Shown one piece after another: positions 38,892 through 52,098 of a stretch of DNA of 64,000 nt. Location: the NCBI RefSeq assembly GCF_018977255.1, contig NW_024704742.1:60638001-60702000 (forward strand), given 5' to 3'. Source of the DNA: Callorhinchus milii. Lineage: Eukaryota. Both the position numbers and the translations under genes were made by a program. The stretch's first letter is position 1, and the number at the start of each line of letters is the position of its first letter. Under the pieces are notes generated by a model. The model saw only the letters and a program-made list of their open reading frames with translations. It did no database searches and was not told the DNA's origin.

Positions 38892-39210
38892 GTGGAGTTC
38901 TGTAGCTCAGTGGTTAGAGCACTCGCTTTGCAAGTGAGAGACCTGAGTTCAATTCCAGGCAGGGCGAAACCTTGGGCAAGTTTCCTTACTCCACACGCCT
39001 AATAATAATCCCTCCAAAAAAACAAAACAATAATAAATTGGTCATTTTCAATCTACGACTGTTTGTGGGACATTGCTGTGCGCAATTGGCTGCCGCGTTC
39101 GCCCACAAATGTACAGTCAATTCACTTTACAGTGTGTTCTGTGAAGCGCTTTGGGACATCCTCCTGACGTGAAAAGCGCTATATCAAATGCAAGGATTAT
39201 TATTATTATT
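38892..39210 (+). mobile_element. Family A SINE, full length (short, young subfamily)
   Basis: tRNA-Ala(TGC)-like head tgtagctcagtggttagagcactcgctttgcaagt...gagttcaattcc with A and B boxes, CORE/Meta-like segment, Deu 3' half, L2-type tail and (ATT)n. Confidence 0.95.
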
Positions 39211-39809
39211 AGCCGAAGACTCTGCCTTGACAAGGTTCTTACTGTACAATTGAGCCATAAAACTGTTCCAACTCCTCATGCCCTAATTTGCTATTAACAT
39301 GCACACACATCTGTCAGAACATGTAGCTGCAAACAATGTATGCACATCTTTGTTGCATCTCAACCATTCCTCCCGAAGCAGTGATTGCTCAGTTATTAGT
39401 TTGGCTCAGTTGGTGACTAATGTTGGGAACAATCAGTTGGAAAATTCTTGCCGCTTGTCAAGAAATTATGTGTTCAACCCCCATGACCCTTCACTGTAGT
39501 ACTTGGGTGAGAGCTGCACTATTGGAGATGCCGTCCTTTAGATGCTACATTCAACTGACCTCCTGTCCATCTGTTCTTGGAGGATGTTATAGAAAACATG
39601 ACCTTATTTGAAAGGTTCTCCTGGTGTCCTAGCCAGAAATGTGCAGATAAAGTAATCAGTCACCTCATGAAGTTTTGCAGAACCTTACTGTGTTAAAAAT
39701 GACTGTGAGTTTGCCTATAGAATACATCACCAGAAATCTTTCAAAGAGCCGGCATGGACACAATCGTCCAAATGGCCTCCTTCTGTGCTGTATGATTCTG
39801 TCTCGTTGC

Positions 39810-40030
39810 TTGTCCAGCTGAAGCCATCCTACCCATTAGGCTTTGGCCTGCAGAGTTAATAGGAACTGAGTGGGAGGAATCTATGCCCCAGTGACCAGTT
39901 GCCCTTCTAAGTGCTGCTGATGAGCCAGGGTGGTTGTCTTGTTATCAGCAGTGCCCTGGATTACTGTTGATCCAACCAGCTCAGTAACTGGAACACTGAG
40001 ACCACCACAGAGGATTGACTCAACTCTGAC
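39810..40030 (-). mobile_element. Family C retroposon, middle fragment
   Basis: Reverse complement matches 12125-12335. Confidence 0.75.
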
Positions 40031-40959
40031 AGAATGCAGAGCCCATACCATTAAATGGCAGTGCACCTGCTAAGGAATGTTAGTGCTCCTAACTGCACGC
40101 ACTATTATCATTAGGCTATAGAGATACACTGAGCCATTTAGGAGAAGCATTACAATACCGTGCTCACTAGCTCTGCCTGCTCCTTTTGGAATTTCCTGTT
40201 GCTCAACCCTTGCCCTGGGTATCTGGTAGATCTCCTTGTCGTGAGATTAAACATTTTCACAGAACAGACAGCAGCATTAATAAGTGTTCCAGTCATGTCA
40301 GTGCTAAAAATATACAAGCTCCACTGATTGCAGAAAACACTCAGGTCGGGCTAAGTTTTCAATGTCTTTTTCATACTTATAATAATAATCCTTGCATTAT
40401 AATAATAATAATTAATAATACATTGATCACTTCAATCCACAACTGTTTGTGGGACTGCTGTCACATTTCTCCTACAAAATACACAATGAATTTACTTTAC
40501 AGTATATTCTGTGAAGCGCTTTGAGACGTATCAAAGATGTGCTAAGGCATTATATCAAATGCAAGGATTATTATTATTACTTTTGTCAGTTGAAATATAT
40601 CTATATCATAAGTTTATTTCTGTTAAGGGGCACCTTTAAGCATCTGTGTGTTTCCTCCAGTTTTCAGATATCTGAGACTGTCAGAGCTGCCTCAGTTGAC
40701 ATTGTCTACCCTGAACCATATTCCAGTTTGATATAGTGACTTCCCATATGGAGGAAGATATTTCTCAATGAGTTTAAATTACTGTTGAGCATGCACGTTT
40801 TACTCAACTGCAAAAGAGCAGTAAACTGTAATTGGTCCTTATCTTCACCTTCCTCCAACTCTATCATTCTTCTATCTATCCTGCTATCTGGATAAATTGA
40901 GGCATCTTGCTGAGTTCCAAAGATAGTGATGATGAGTTCCATATCTATTAAATCTCACC

Positions 40960-41330
40960 TTAACTCAGTTGGTAATACTTTTGCCTATGAGTCAGAATGC
41001 TGTAGGTTGGTTTACAGCCCCATGTCAGGACTTAGAACTCAGACTGCAGGCTGATACTCCAGTGCAGTGCGGCACAATTACTGCATTGTTGGAGGTGACG
41101 TCATTCAGATGAGACGTTAAACTGAGATCACGTCTGCCTGTCCGGGTAGACATTAAAGATCCTGTGGCACTATTTGAAACTGAATTTCTCCCGGTATCCT
41201 GAGATACAATTAATGATTCACTCCATGGCTGTGTGTGTACAGTTGCTACACTTCACAATATATCCTATGAAGTGCTTTAACACATCCTCCTGACATGAAA
41301 AAGATTATATCGAATTCAATGACTAATATT
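40960..41330 (+). mobile_element. Deu-domain SINE
   Basis: ctcagttggtaatac...ggctgatactccagtgcagtgc...cagatgagacgttaaac...gacattaaagatcctgtggcac. Confidence 0.85.
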
Positions 41331-42132
41331 ATGATAGACAGGTAGATAGATAATGGATATAGTAAATACTGTGACACGTTCTGATGAAGTGATAAGGCGT
41401 AATATCAAATGCAAGAATTATTATTATTATTATCTGTTAATGAGAATTCATAATTTTTATCCTCCACAATCTCAGTCTTGATTTCCAGAATGACATCACA
41501 AGGATGTAATTTTATCAATCAAACTAATCAATATTCCCAAAGAGAGGTGAATCTCTGTTACTGGATGGCACATCCAGTGTAAAAAAGAAAAAAACTATCT
41601 ATATTCCTTATAGGTGGAGAACAGGATGTGTGACTCGTAGACAATGAATCCTAATTTACATTTGTATTAATAATAATAATAATCCTTGCATTTGATATAG
41701 CACCTTCGAGACAAATACTTACAAATATTTACCATGAAATCATACAGATGATCTTTTGATTCTGTCCTGTGCTGCTTCTAACAAGTTATCACTTGATATT
41801 GTTCGAAAATCATAAAAGAGTATGATAGAATTCTGGCTTTGAGAAAGAGCTTTATCAATTTCAGTCAAGTGCTTTGAACGCTGACCTACAGAACTGGAGC
41901 GTATGAATATGAGATACAGAAAAACAAAGCCAATATTTGGGGTTTGTTAAACCTCTTTCTCCCCCCACGCTCTCCCTCCCCTGCTCCCAGGAAACCAGTG
42001 AAAGGTGCTGTAAGAATTATTATTATTATTGGAATGTATGGATAAAACCAATGTCCTCAAAAATGGAATGATTCAGAAGGTTGTGGGTTCAATATTTTGT
42101 CTTGAATCACCGTTATGTACACATTATTGTGC

Positions 42133-42580
42133 GTCAGCCTGGCTCAGTTAGTAGTACTGTTATCTCTGAGTCAGAAGATTGTTGGTTGAAGCCACATGTT
42201 AACATATTGGATCTCATATAATCTAAGATGACACTCCAATGCAGTGCTGGAGGTTTGTTGCATTGTTGGAGGTGCTGTCCTTCAGATGAAATAATAAACT
42301 GAGGCCCCGTTGATGGGTTTAGATGCACATTAAGGATCCAATTCAAAAAGAGAAGGGAGTTTCTCCTCTGTCTTGGTCAGCAATCTCCCCAAATAAAATT
42401 GGTCAAATGTTTTATGGCTATTTGTGGGACATTGTTGAGTGCAAATTGGTTACCGCGTTTATCCATAAAACACAGTCACTACATTTTAGAGTATATCCTG
42501 TGAACCCCTTTGAGATGTCCTCCTGATGTGAAAGGCACTTCATGAAATACAAGGAATATTATTATTTATTATTATTATTA
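42133..42580 (+). mobile_element. Deu-domain SINE (SacSINE1/AmnSINE1-like), full length
   Basis: tRNA-like head gtcagcctggctcagttagtag, complete Deu core, L2-type tail and (ATT)n. Confidence 0.9.
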
Positions 42581-42911
42581 TGCACCAACACTTCAATTTG
42601 AAATGCAAACTCTGCAGAATATTGGTGTGTTTCTCGAGGTTGAGATCAAGATGCTGAATTATATTTGTACAGGCTCCTCTTTGTACTTTGGCAAGAAGTA
42701 ATAGTACAGAATGGAGATTTGTGGCATTTGTAAACAAAACACACAGTTCAGCTTCTTGACCTCTGCAACAGAAAAGTATAAATCACTTCAACTGATCACC
42801 TTTGCACTCGTTCAAACTGTACGCAGAGGAACATTCAACACTGATATACAATAGGAGAGCAAAATCCCTCACACACTTACTGCTTTTAAGATATCTTTCC
42901 TTGCTAATCAG

Positions 42912-43033
42912 GAGAGGGTAGTGGCATAACTAGGAATTGGCAAGTAATCCTGCAAAATTTTCGAGACAACATTGAGGGGGAAGCTCGGTTTGAACAGGAC
43001 AAAGTTCATGAGAGTTCAGTTCCGGTCAAATAG
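42912..43033 (+). CDS. Candidate terminal coding exon (phase 1; EGSGITRNWQVILQNFRDNIEGEARFEQDKVHESSVPVK*), product unknown
   Basis: Acceptor tatctttccttgctaatcag, open frame to TAG, several CpGs retained in non-repetitive sequence. Confidence 0.3.
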
Positions 43034-46000
43034 ATTTTTTACTGCACTGCACATGTCTCGGTTGATGGGCAGTGTGCGATGTGATTTCCCCAGAGGTTTC
43101 ACTCTCTGGTCTCCATGAGGTTAATACGAAGCTCATGTTATTGGCAGACGGCTTGTGAGGACAGAACAGGAGCGACAGAATGGGACTAGAAAGTAAAGGT
43201 TTTCCCTTTTCCCATATGTGTGGTTACAGAGGATGGATACTCTACTCTTGAGCAGAGTATAACTTACTATTTAATAACAATACATAATGAACCTGCACAC
43301 GACTGTGACTTGCCTTCAAAGTTTAAGATTACTGTAGTTTTTTTTGGCCTTGTCTATGTTGTTTTCAGTATGTCTGTGTATCCAGTTATTTGACAAGAAT
43401 ACTGGAGGAGAAATAACATTAAAGGTTACAGGGAAAGAGAGCAGAATGGGATTAGAGTGGATAGTTCCAGCGAGGGGCTACCACTTGTGCAGACAAGGTG
43501 GGGAACAAGCAATGGACTGGGATCAGAGTAAATATCTGAAACATGGTGGGGGGGAGGGGGAGTTGCAGCACCAACAGAGACATGATGGCTGAAAGCTCCT
43601 CTTGTGCTATAAATTTCCTATGATATTTTGATTCTATGTTGTTTTAAATCCTATTATTTTTGAAGTGTCTGTATAAATTGAAGGAAACATATTTTACTAC
43701 TTTCAGACATTTAAACTGTTGCCAGAATAGTTTCCATATGCTACATCTCGAAAAACAATCCTGTGAATAAATATTTGTTAATAAAAAGGGAACTTGATAT
43801 TTTTACTTATTTATGCAAACATTATTCTTTTTATGTCTGTTTATTTAGTTTTTTTTAACCATTAGAATAAAATAAATATATCCTTCCGTTTGATGGAGCA
43901 TGTTGTAGAAATGTTTCAAAGTACTTCACGGGATTTTACTGTAAACAACAACAAGATTTCATTTATAGAGGGCCTTTCACGTCAGGAGGATGTCCCAAGG
44001 GGCTGGACAGTTGGGTAGTAACTATGTATTTGAGGGCAAACACGGCAGTTAATGTGGCATGTCAATTATATATATTATGTGAATAGTGGCATTTTTAAGA
44101 GTTGATCTTGGAACCCCGAAAATTCGTCCACAAAATATAGTCAATTCACTTTATAGTATATTCTGTGAAGCGCTTTGAGACGTCTCAAAGATGTGATAAG
44201 GCTCTGTATCAAATGCAAGGATTATTATTATATTATTATCACGCTACCCCCGTGTGAAGGAAGCTATATAAATGCAAGTTGTTGTTGTATTGGAAATGTC
44301 GCTGCATGAGTGGAGAAATGCTAAGTTGACTCCGAACAGGAGGTAGAAGGGAAGAGGTGAGGGTAACAGGAGCAGTGGCAGCTGGGGAGGACTATAAACC
44401 CAGACATGGACTAGATGGGCTGAATGTCCTGCTTCCGTGTGGTATCACTATGTGCCTGTATACCTGTAATCCGATTGACCCAGATTCTGCTCCCCAGAGA
44501 AGGTTTCTAAATCTTTATGTTGTGCTATCTTGGGGTGTTTGATCAGCGCTTGGTTGGACAGTATAAAGAGCACTTCTCTGTGATGGGTGGAACGCACCAC
44601 AGAGAAGTGCTCTGAGGAGGAGATTTGCTCCCGCCGTGAAAGGTGCTGTACAAATGCAATTTGTTGTTGTTCCTGGATTTCAACATCAACTTGCATTTAT
44701 ATAGCGCCCTTCAGGAAGAAAAATGTGAAGGGAGATGATGGACAGAGATTCCTAAGCCTATTGATGGATCATAGGATGCTACTGGGAGCTGTTGTGAAGA
44801 GGTCTCTCCTGTGGTGTGATTGAAGGTATTTCAGGACCTCTAGTTATTTAAAAACATACCTGATTCTTTCACAGCTCAGAAGCCTCAAGGAGAAAAGCTG
44901 GAGGGGGAGGAGGAGGGGGGAAGTCAGTCCCAAGCATGTCTCAAATAATTGGTTTTAAGGACAAACTTTATTTGCAATTTCTGGCCAGTCAGTAAAGGTT
45001 CCTTTATTTTTTAATCTGTGACTTTAATTAAGGAACAAATTGAGGTTATAAATGCAGTAATTTTTTCTCTTCCTATATATCCCTTCAACTCATGCTCTCA
45101 TCTGGATTGTGAGATGGAGACTTGTTTAGTGCTGGGTAAGGAGAACAGGCTGGAAACTTCTCCATTTCATCAATTCATGAAGGGAGTTGGAAGGTGAGAG
45201 GGAAGTGCAGCAAATTCTGAATAAAATAAGATGGAAATGAAGTGAATAAATATATGGGTTGACATTTTTTTATCCAATATAATTATTATTTACGTTTCAC
45301 ATAGCGTCTTTCGCATCAAGAGGAAATCTCAAAGTGCTTCACTGGATATACTGTAAAATACAGTCACTCCACTGTGAAGAGCTTTCAGACGTCTCGAAGA
45401 TGTGATAACGTCGAAGACGCGCCCAGCAAACTTAATGGACACATCGAATGCATTGTGAAACATGATTTATTTCAGCCTGATAACTTTAAAGAAGCACTGT
45501 TCTTTGCTAAAAAAATATACTAACTAAACGTATGGAATTGCTACTGTTTGATCTCAGGGGTTACTTTCAGGAACTCTAAGATACACAAGTAGATAGCATC
45601 AGATACTTTGTTTGGATTGGAAATGAACAGAGGTCACTATTCAAGACTAGAAACCGTCTGTTGCTTTCAGTGACCCCGAGAGGTTAATGTTTTGGAATTT
45701 CCTGAGGAGATCCTGGTTGAAGTACCATTTTTCAACAAAAATATCAGGGCTTCTTGAAAGCGATGGTGCAGATTATTTCCAGAAAAGTTGAAACGCGACA
45801 ATACCTGGCTCAAAGAACTCTTGGGAGTCTGGGGCTGGTTTAGATTAATTTACCTCAGTTCCTAATTGAAACAACACGGGGAGGCCGCGAGCGTGTAACA
45901 GCAGGGGAGTACTGTACATGTAAAGCAATATCTGCAACTCCATAAAACTGACTGCAACACTGGGAGGAATTAAGAATTCAGTCTACATCCTTTATACCTC

Positions 46001-47814
46001 AACATTGATTTCCTTATTCAGTTGCAATTCTGAGATATAATGTTACAACCACCTACTATTTTATGTAAACTTATTTCACCAACAAGTGTTTGTGCGCGCA
46101 ATTTCGTGCACACCACATTGCTAGACTAAAACTATGCGGTTATGGGCAGAAGGCTAAGGGAGACTGGGCACTGGGGTAACTCGAGGTGTATCACACTTTT
46201 CTGTGGGAGTAAAGCAGATGGTGTCAGAGCGGAGGACGTGTTAGTAGTATCACATATTAGATTCCACTGGACTAGGCATTGCTTTTTCATGACATTTACA
46301 AGATGTGATGTGAAAAAACGTTTTGTGTGATGTTGATAATAAAAATAATAATAATCCTTGCATTTAATATAGAGCCTTATCACGTCATTGAGATGCCTCA
46401 AAGCCCTTCACAGAATATACTATGACGTGAATTGACTGTGTATTTGTGGCCAAAAGGCGGCAGCCTATTTCGCACAGCAGTGTCCCACAAACAGTTGTGG
46501 ATTGAATGATAACATTTTTGTTAATGTATAATGATGACTATATCCCATTCCAATTTGATATTCCAATATTCCAATCTTCCATTTCAGGATATTTTCTAAT
46601 CCATAACTGTCCCCCTCCCTCTTCAGAATTAATTCCAATGGTTTTGCCCAAAGCCACCACAGCCAATTGAGCTAATAGGCAGGGTGTTGGAGTTTGCCTC
46701 CACTCAGATCCCACCAATTCAGGAACTAACATCTGAAACTCAGCATTAATATACAAGCAAGGTTACAGCTCAGCCTCATGCAATGACACAGTTGATATTT
46801 TATAAAAGTTGTTATAAAAGAGGAAGATTGCATCAAAACTCGTGGTTTAAATGTCACGTTTCTGGGGAACAAAGAATTTCAAATAGGCCGGAAGGTATTT
46901 CAAACATGTCCTTCAGAGCTGGGTGTCCATTACCTCTGTTAACCTCTGAACTATGCACTCATTAACCTGGTCACATATGTAAGCAGAATGCCTGCAAACT
47001 AAGTGTTGATGGGCTCGTTACACACATAAAAGCTCAGATTTTACACAATGGGACAATTACAGATAGTTTATTATGGCTCCAACAATCTGTACTCTCTGAA
47101 CCTCAGGAGAGAGAGGATGGTGGGGGGAGTGTTAGTACTGTGAATTAAACCAGTTTGACAATTCGTCGATTTCAATTGACAGGCTTAAATAATAATTATA
47201 ATATTCCTTGCATTTCATATTGCACTTTTCACCTTGAGAGGATGTCTTAAAGTGCCTTACAGATTTTACTGCACAGTGTAGTGACTGTGTATTCTGTAGG
47301 TTGAATGCAGCAGCCAATCCATGCACAGCAACATTCCGCAAACAGCGATGAAGTGAATGATCAATTTAATCTGAGGTATTGTTGGCCAGGACACTGGGAA
47401 AAACTCCATTCTTTTTTTGAATCGTGCCACGGGATCTTTAACATCAACCTGAATGCACAGAGAAGATCTTAATTTAACATTTCATCCAAACGACAGCATC
47501 TTGAACAATGCAGGGCTCCCCCAGCGCAGAACTAAGAATCATAGAATTATAGAATTATACAGCACAGAAGGAGGCCATTCGGCCCATCATGTCTGTGCTG
47601 CCTCGCAAACTTGTCTTCCCCAAATAATTATCTACTTCTCTCTTAAAAGTTGTTACTGAATCGGCTTCCACCATCCAGTCAGGCAATGCGTTCCAGATCC
47701 GACCAACTCGCTGTGTGAAAACACAAGAGTATCAGCATCGACTGTGAGTTTAAAGTCCCAAAGTGTGGCATGAACCCTAAACTTTCTGACTCATAGGCAA
47801 GAGTTATATCAACG

Positions 47815-48225
47815 GAACGCAAAATACTGTAGATGCCGGAAATCTGAAAACAGAAACAGAAGTCACTGGGAACACTCAGCAGGTCAGGCAGCATCTATGG
47901 AGAAAAATAGCTGGTATGCCCGTTTTGTTGCAATTCTTTCCCCACCCCTTTGCTTTGCATTATTAACACATCTATTCCCCTGGTTTGTTACAATCCCTGC
48001 CCCCTTTGTTTTGCATCATTAACACCTCTTTAACCATCATCCCCATTTTTTCCTTTGTCTTCCTTGCCCTGCCTACCCCCTTTCTGTTTGCCCTTAAAAG
48101 CCTCTCCCTCCCAACATGCCCCAGTTCTGACAAAGGGTCGTGGACCCGAAATGTTGACTCACTTTCCTTTCTCCATAGATGCTGCCTGACCTGCTGAGTG
48201 TTCCCAACGACTGCTGTTTTTGTTA
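47815..48225 (+). mobile_element. Penelope-like element remnant with inverted pseudo-LTR tail
   Basis: Shark-type terminus aaaatactgtagatgccggaaatctgaaa...cagcaggtcaggcagcatct; 47867-47905 is the exact reverse complement of 48168-48206 (39 bp). Confidence 0.8.
48123..48159 (+). ncRNA. Minimal type I hammerhead ribozyme relic (probably inactive)
   Basis: agtt-CTGACAAA-gggtc gtg gaccc-GAAA-tgtt-gact gives stem I agtt/gact and stem II gggtc/gaccc; the cores CUGANGA and GAAAC are altered at two CpG sites. Confidence 0.7.
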
Positions 48226-48875
48226 TACTAATGGAACCAACTAGCATTGAAAACTAGCATTGTACAAATGCAACTGGCAATTCATCATCTTTTCTCTTTC
48301 TATTTGTCTTTCTCCAAATCTTTGAATCTTATGCTGAATAGTACAAGAGATAGGTTACTGTACCATTTCTCTTATACTATCTTCATAAGTGTATTATTGA
48401 CAGGTTTAAATGAAGAGTCTAAAGTGCATATAACCTGCAGTGACTCTGATTTTGTAGGCATCATTATTGTGGCTGATCCCTTGGGTTGGTGTCAGGGAGT
48501 CAAGCAGATGGCCCAAGTACTTTGTGGTCCTGTTGTACGATAAAAATGTCAGTCTTTCAAGACACAGTTTCTTGATATCCTGCTTGGTGCATGTACCATA
48601 AACAAGCATCAACAGTCACTTACAAATGAAAGCTAATGTGAAGTTGGAACTTGTTACTAAGTTGCCAAGGGACACTGGTGGACAGCCAAATGTTTGTGGC
48701 CTTTTGTTATTTATATAAAAGAGTTGGTTCCCAGCCATAAACATGACTATCCATTAAGTAAGCACATAAATCCATATTCCACACAAAGTAGATTTTTTAA
48801 CATGCGAGTCAAGTAATGGATTGGTTTGCCAAAACATCAACATTATTAAAAAAAACAACTGTAAAGAATGAGCCC

Positions 48876-48998
48876 TCAGTATGCTGAGCTCGAGTCACCG
48901 TCATGTACACGAGTGGTAGACCTTCTACCTCTTAGACCTAGAGGTCGGGAGAACAAGCGTAAAAGAAACATTGTGGCCCTGACCTTAGATGTAGGAAC
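48876..48998 (-). CDS. Candidate terminal coding exon (VPTSKVRATMFLLRLFSRPLGLRGRRSTTRVHDGDSSSAY*), frame and product uncertain
   Basis: Strong minus-strand acceptor cttttttcttgttccggttcaatttctgtttcaag; CpG-retaining, GC-elevated segment followed by AT-rich sequence. Confidence 0.35.
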   Translation of the reverse strand, partial: VPTSKVRATMFLLRLFSRPLGLRGRRSTTRVHDGDSSSAY

Positions 48999-50809
48999 CT
49001 TGAAACAGAAATTGAACCGGAACAAGAAAAAAGTAAATTTCATATGCTAATTGCATGTTTTAGGGATTTAGTTTGCGGATAAATCCACAAGGATGCTTTG
49101 TCCAATTCTTTGATTGAAAATGCAATTGATAGCCGCTTTTCATCCACAAAATACAGTCGATCCACTTTACAAAATATTTGGTGAAGCGCTTTGAGTTGTC
49201 CCAATTATATTATAAGGCATTATATTCAATGCAAGGATTATTACTATTATTACCTAGCTTTGTGCAAATCGTTTAAATTCACATGGCATGGAAATTGTAC
49301 ATTTGTTACATCGTATATTTGAAATCTATCAAAGCATAATTCAAATGGGGTCATTAATTGCTCCAGCAAGTCCCACAGACAGACACAATGTGACTGACAA
49401 ATGAATGCAGAGGGTTGTTAGCCAGGATACTAAAAGAAATTCTCTTCCCTTTTTTAATGGTATCGTTATTAATATCTACCTCAAGAGACAGATTGGTTCA
49501 ACATTACTTTGGAAAAAATCAACAACGTGGGGCCTGAACCCCAGGTGTCTTGACTGAAAGATGAGAATGCGATCAAATGAGCCAAAAAGGTTGAGTTACT
49601 GGAAATCCACTGAAGGGAGAGAGCTAGAAACATATTGAAAGCAGGACGTCATCTAGTTGATTGTGAAAATTCAGTTTAGTTAATTCATCTTACATGGTTG
49701 GTTGAGGACCATACTGGAATAGGAATAGGAAGATTTGTGTTTAGGGTTCAAATCCTGGTTGGTTCACTCAATCCTTCAAGGTACTTTAAATAAGTATCAT
49801 GTCTAAAAATAATTCCTTTGGAGAGGGAGTTGTGGAGTCTCCTTGGGTTAGAATTAGCTCCAAGGAAACACACCTTATGTTTCCCACACTTATTTCATAC
49901 AAACACACCAAGGCAGATTTGGGAGTCTAAAGCTGTCTTCAGTTGGTAGCACACAACCCTCGACCAGAAGGTTTAAGCGTGGGTGGTTTCAAGCCTCACA
50001 TCAGTACTATGAGCTCATAGTCTATGCTGACACTCCAATGCAATGTAGAGAGAGCTGCATTGTTAGAAGTGCCATCCTTCAGATGAGATGTTAAATCATG
50101 GGCTTGGACACCTGCATAGATAGGCATATAGATCCATGACATTTTTTTGAAAAAAGAAGGGAGTTTCTCCTGGTGTACTAGCCAACAATGCTTCACTTCC
50201 GATGAACTAGTCATTGACTTAGTCTTTGTGGGGTCTTGCTCTGTGCAAATTGGCCATTTGTTATTTCATTCAAATACACATTTACAATTACTTCACAGCA
50301 ATTAATAACAACAATAATGATCCTTGCATTTCATATAGCGCTGTATCACGTCACTGAGACTTCTCAAAGCACTAGAATATATTGGAATGAGATATTTTGT
50401 GGGTGAAACGCAGTAGCCAATTACACACAACAGTGTCCCACAAGCAGTCGTGGATTCAGTAACCAAATTATTATTTTTTTAATAACAATCTTTACCTTCA
50501 AAAATCTCTTCACACAATTCTCTATTAAGTGTTTTATTGAAGGCAACGATTGTTATGAAACCCTGCAAACCAGAGTCCTACTGTATAGAGTGAATATAGT
50601 TGGACAGACACAGTGCTACACAGCAGGCAATTCAGTCAATTGTATGGCTCACCCAGTTTGAAACGTGATACGTGTCTTAAATGATGTGTCTCAATATGTT
50701 TTTTCTTCCTCCTCCCTTGTACCCTGGGCACACACCATCAGGAGTCTCACTCTTTTTCTTTCTCACACATATATTGGATGTCCTGTGAGTCAGACTAATG
50801 AGCACATAC

Positions 50810-50834
50810 AGTAGGCGAAGGCATTCGTTGGAAT
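50810..50834 (-). CDS. Candidate 25 nt micro-exon (xFQRMPSPT)
   Basis: ttttaccttctag|ATTCCAACGAATGCCTTCGCCTACT|gtatgt; joins in frame to 48998. Confidence 0.25.
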
Positions 50835-51742
50835 CTAGAAGGTAAAATCCATTACATTGAGCGCTGATTGCAGGCACATTGCATAGTGATATAAACATTG
50901 TATAATACAAAGTTTTGTTGACACCCAACAGCTGTCCCTAAATCATTTGTTTGTTCTACATGTTCCTATTTCCTGTATGTACATATTTCTGTGAAGTCCT
51001 TTTGAGTTCACCAGCAACACAACATGTTGTTTACTGGATTCCACAGAGCCATACGTATAGACTTTTCGGTTTGTGGAGAAAATTAGGCAGTTTCAGAGGT
51101 AGAGAGAACATACCCTTAAACTCATTAAAGACTAAAACGTTTTTAATGTTTTTTGTTAGTCGATTGATGGATCACTTTTCCCGGGTAATAATTCCTTGAA
51201 AAAAAATAATAATAAATTGGTCACTCAATACACGACGGTTTGTGGGACACTGCTGTGCGCAATTGGCTGCCGAATTTCGCCCACAAAATATACAGTCAAT
51301 TTGCTTTACAGTATATTCCATGAAGCGCTTTGAGATATCTTAAAGATAAGGTGCTATATCAAATGCAAGGATTACTATTATTATAATTATCTCATTAAAC
51401 AAGAGCAAAATTCTTCCTGCAATACAGGGCGAACATTAACTCCCCAAATCATGTCAGCCATGCTAATTTCCATAAGTAATAACTGTAATAATAATGTTTA
51501 CATTTGATGTAGCATGTTTCAAAGTGGATATCACAGTACTTCACAGGATTTACTGTAAAATGTAGTGACTGTTTATTGAATAGGTTAAAACTTCACAAGA
51601 GTTTAAGGCATAAAATTTACATTTGTTTTCCCATTGACTCGCGCAAATCACCTCAGCAATCTTGATTTGCCATTCAATAACGTTCAGTATATAATTTAGG
51701 GCCCAGTATTTCTCTTTTTCAAGTTTTGATTTTTCAAGATTT

Positions 51743-52098
51743 GTGGAGTCCTGAAGCATATTGATCAGAGCACTCGTATCGCAAACAAAAGACCTAGGTT
51801 TGATTCTCGAGCAGGGCGTAAAGTTAGGTAAGTTTGCTTACTTCACACACTTCTGTTTACCTCGCAGTAAGTAGGAACCTGATTGTTAGTCGACAGGTAG
51901 CTCGCTTTTCTGGGGGTAATAATCCCTTCAAAAAAAATGTGTTCACTCAATCCCCCACTGTTTGTGGGACACTGCTCTGTGCAATTGGCTGCTGTGTTTC
52001 TCCCACAAAATATACACTTTACAGTATATTTTGTGAAGCCCATCTAGACATCTCAAAGACATGATAAGGGGCTATATCAAATGCAAGGATTATTATTG
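51743..52098 (+). mobile_element. Family A SINE, full length (long subfamily)
   Basis: gtggagtcctg head, ctgtttacctcgcagtaagtaggaacctg segment, Deu 3' half and tail. Confidence 0.85.

Noticed and set aside
38892..38965. tRNA-Ala-like sequence (and similar heads at 5500, 27090, 30440, 60306)
   Set aside because: No intact acceptor stem, and each runs straight into a SINE body, so these are SINE heads rather than tRNA genes.
40640..40945. Short ORFs on both strands with plausible composition
   Set aside because: No homology recognised and splice signals are inconsistent.
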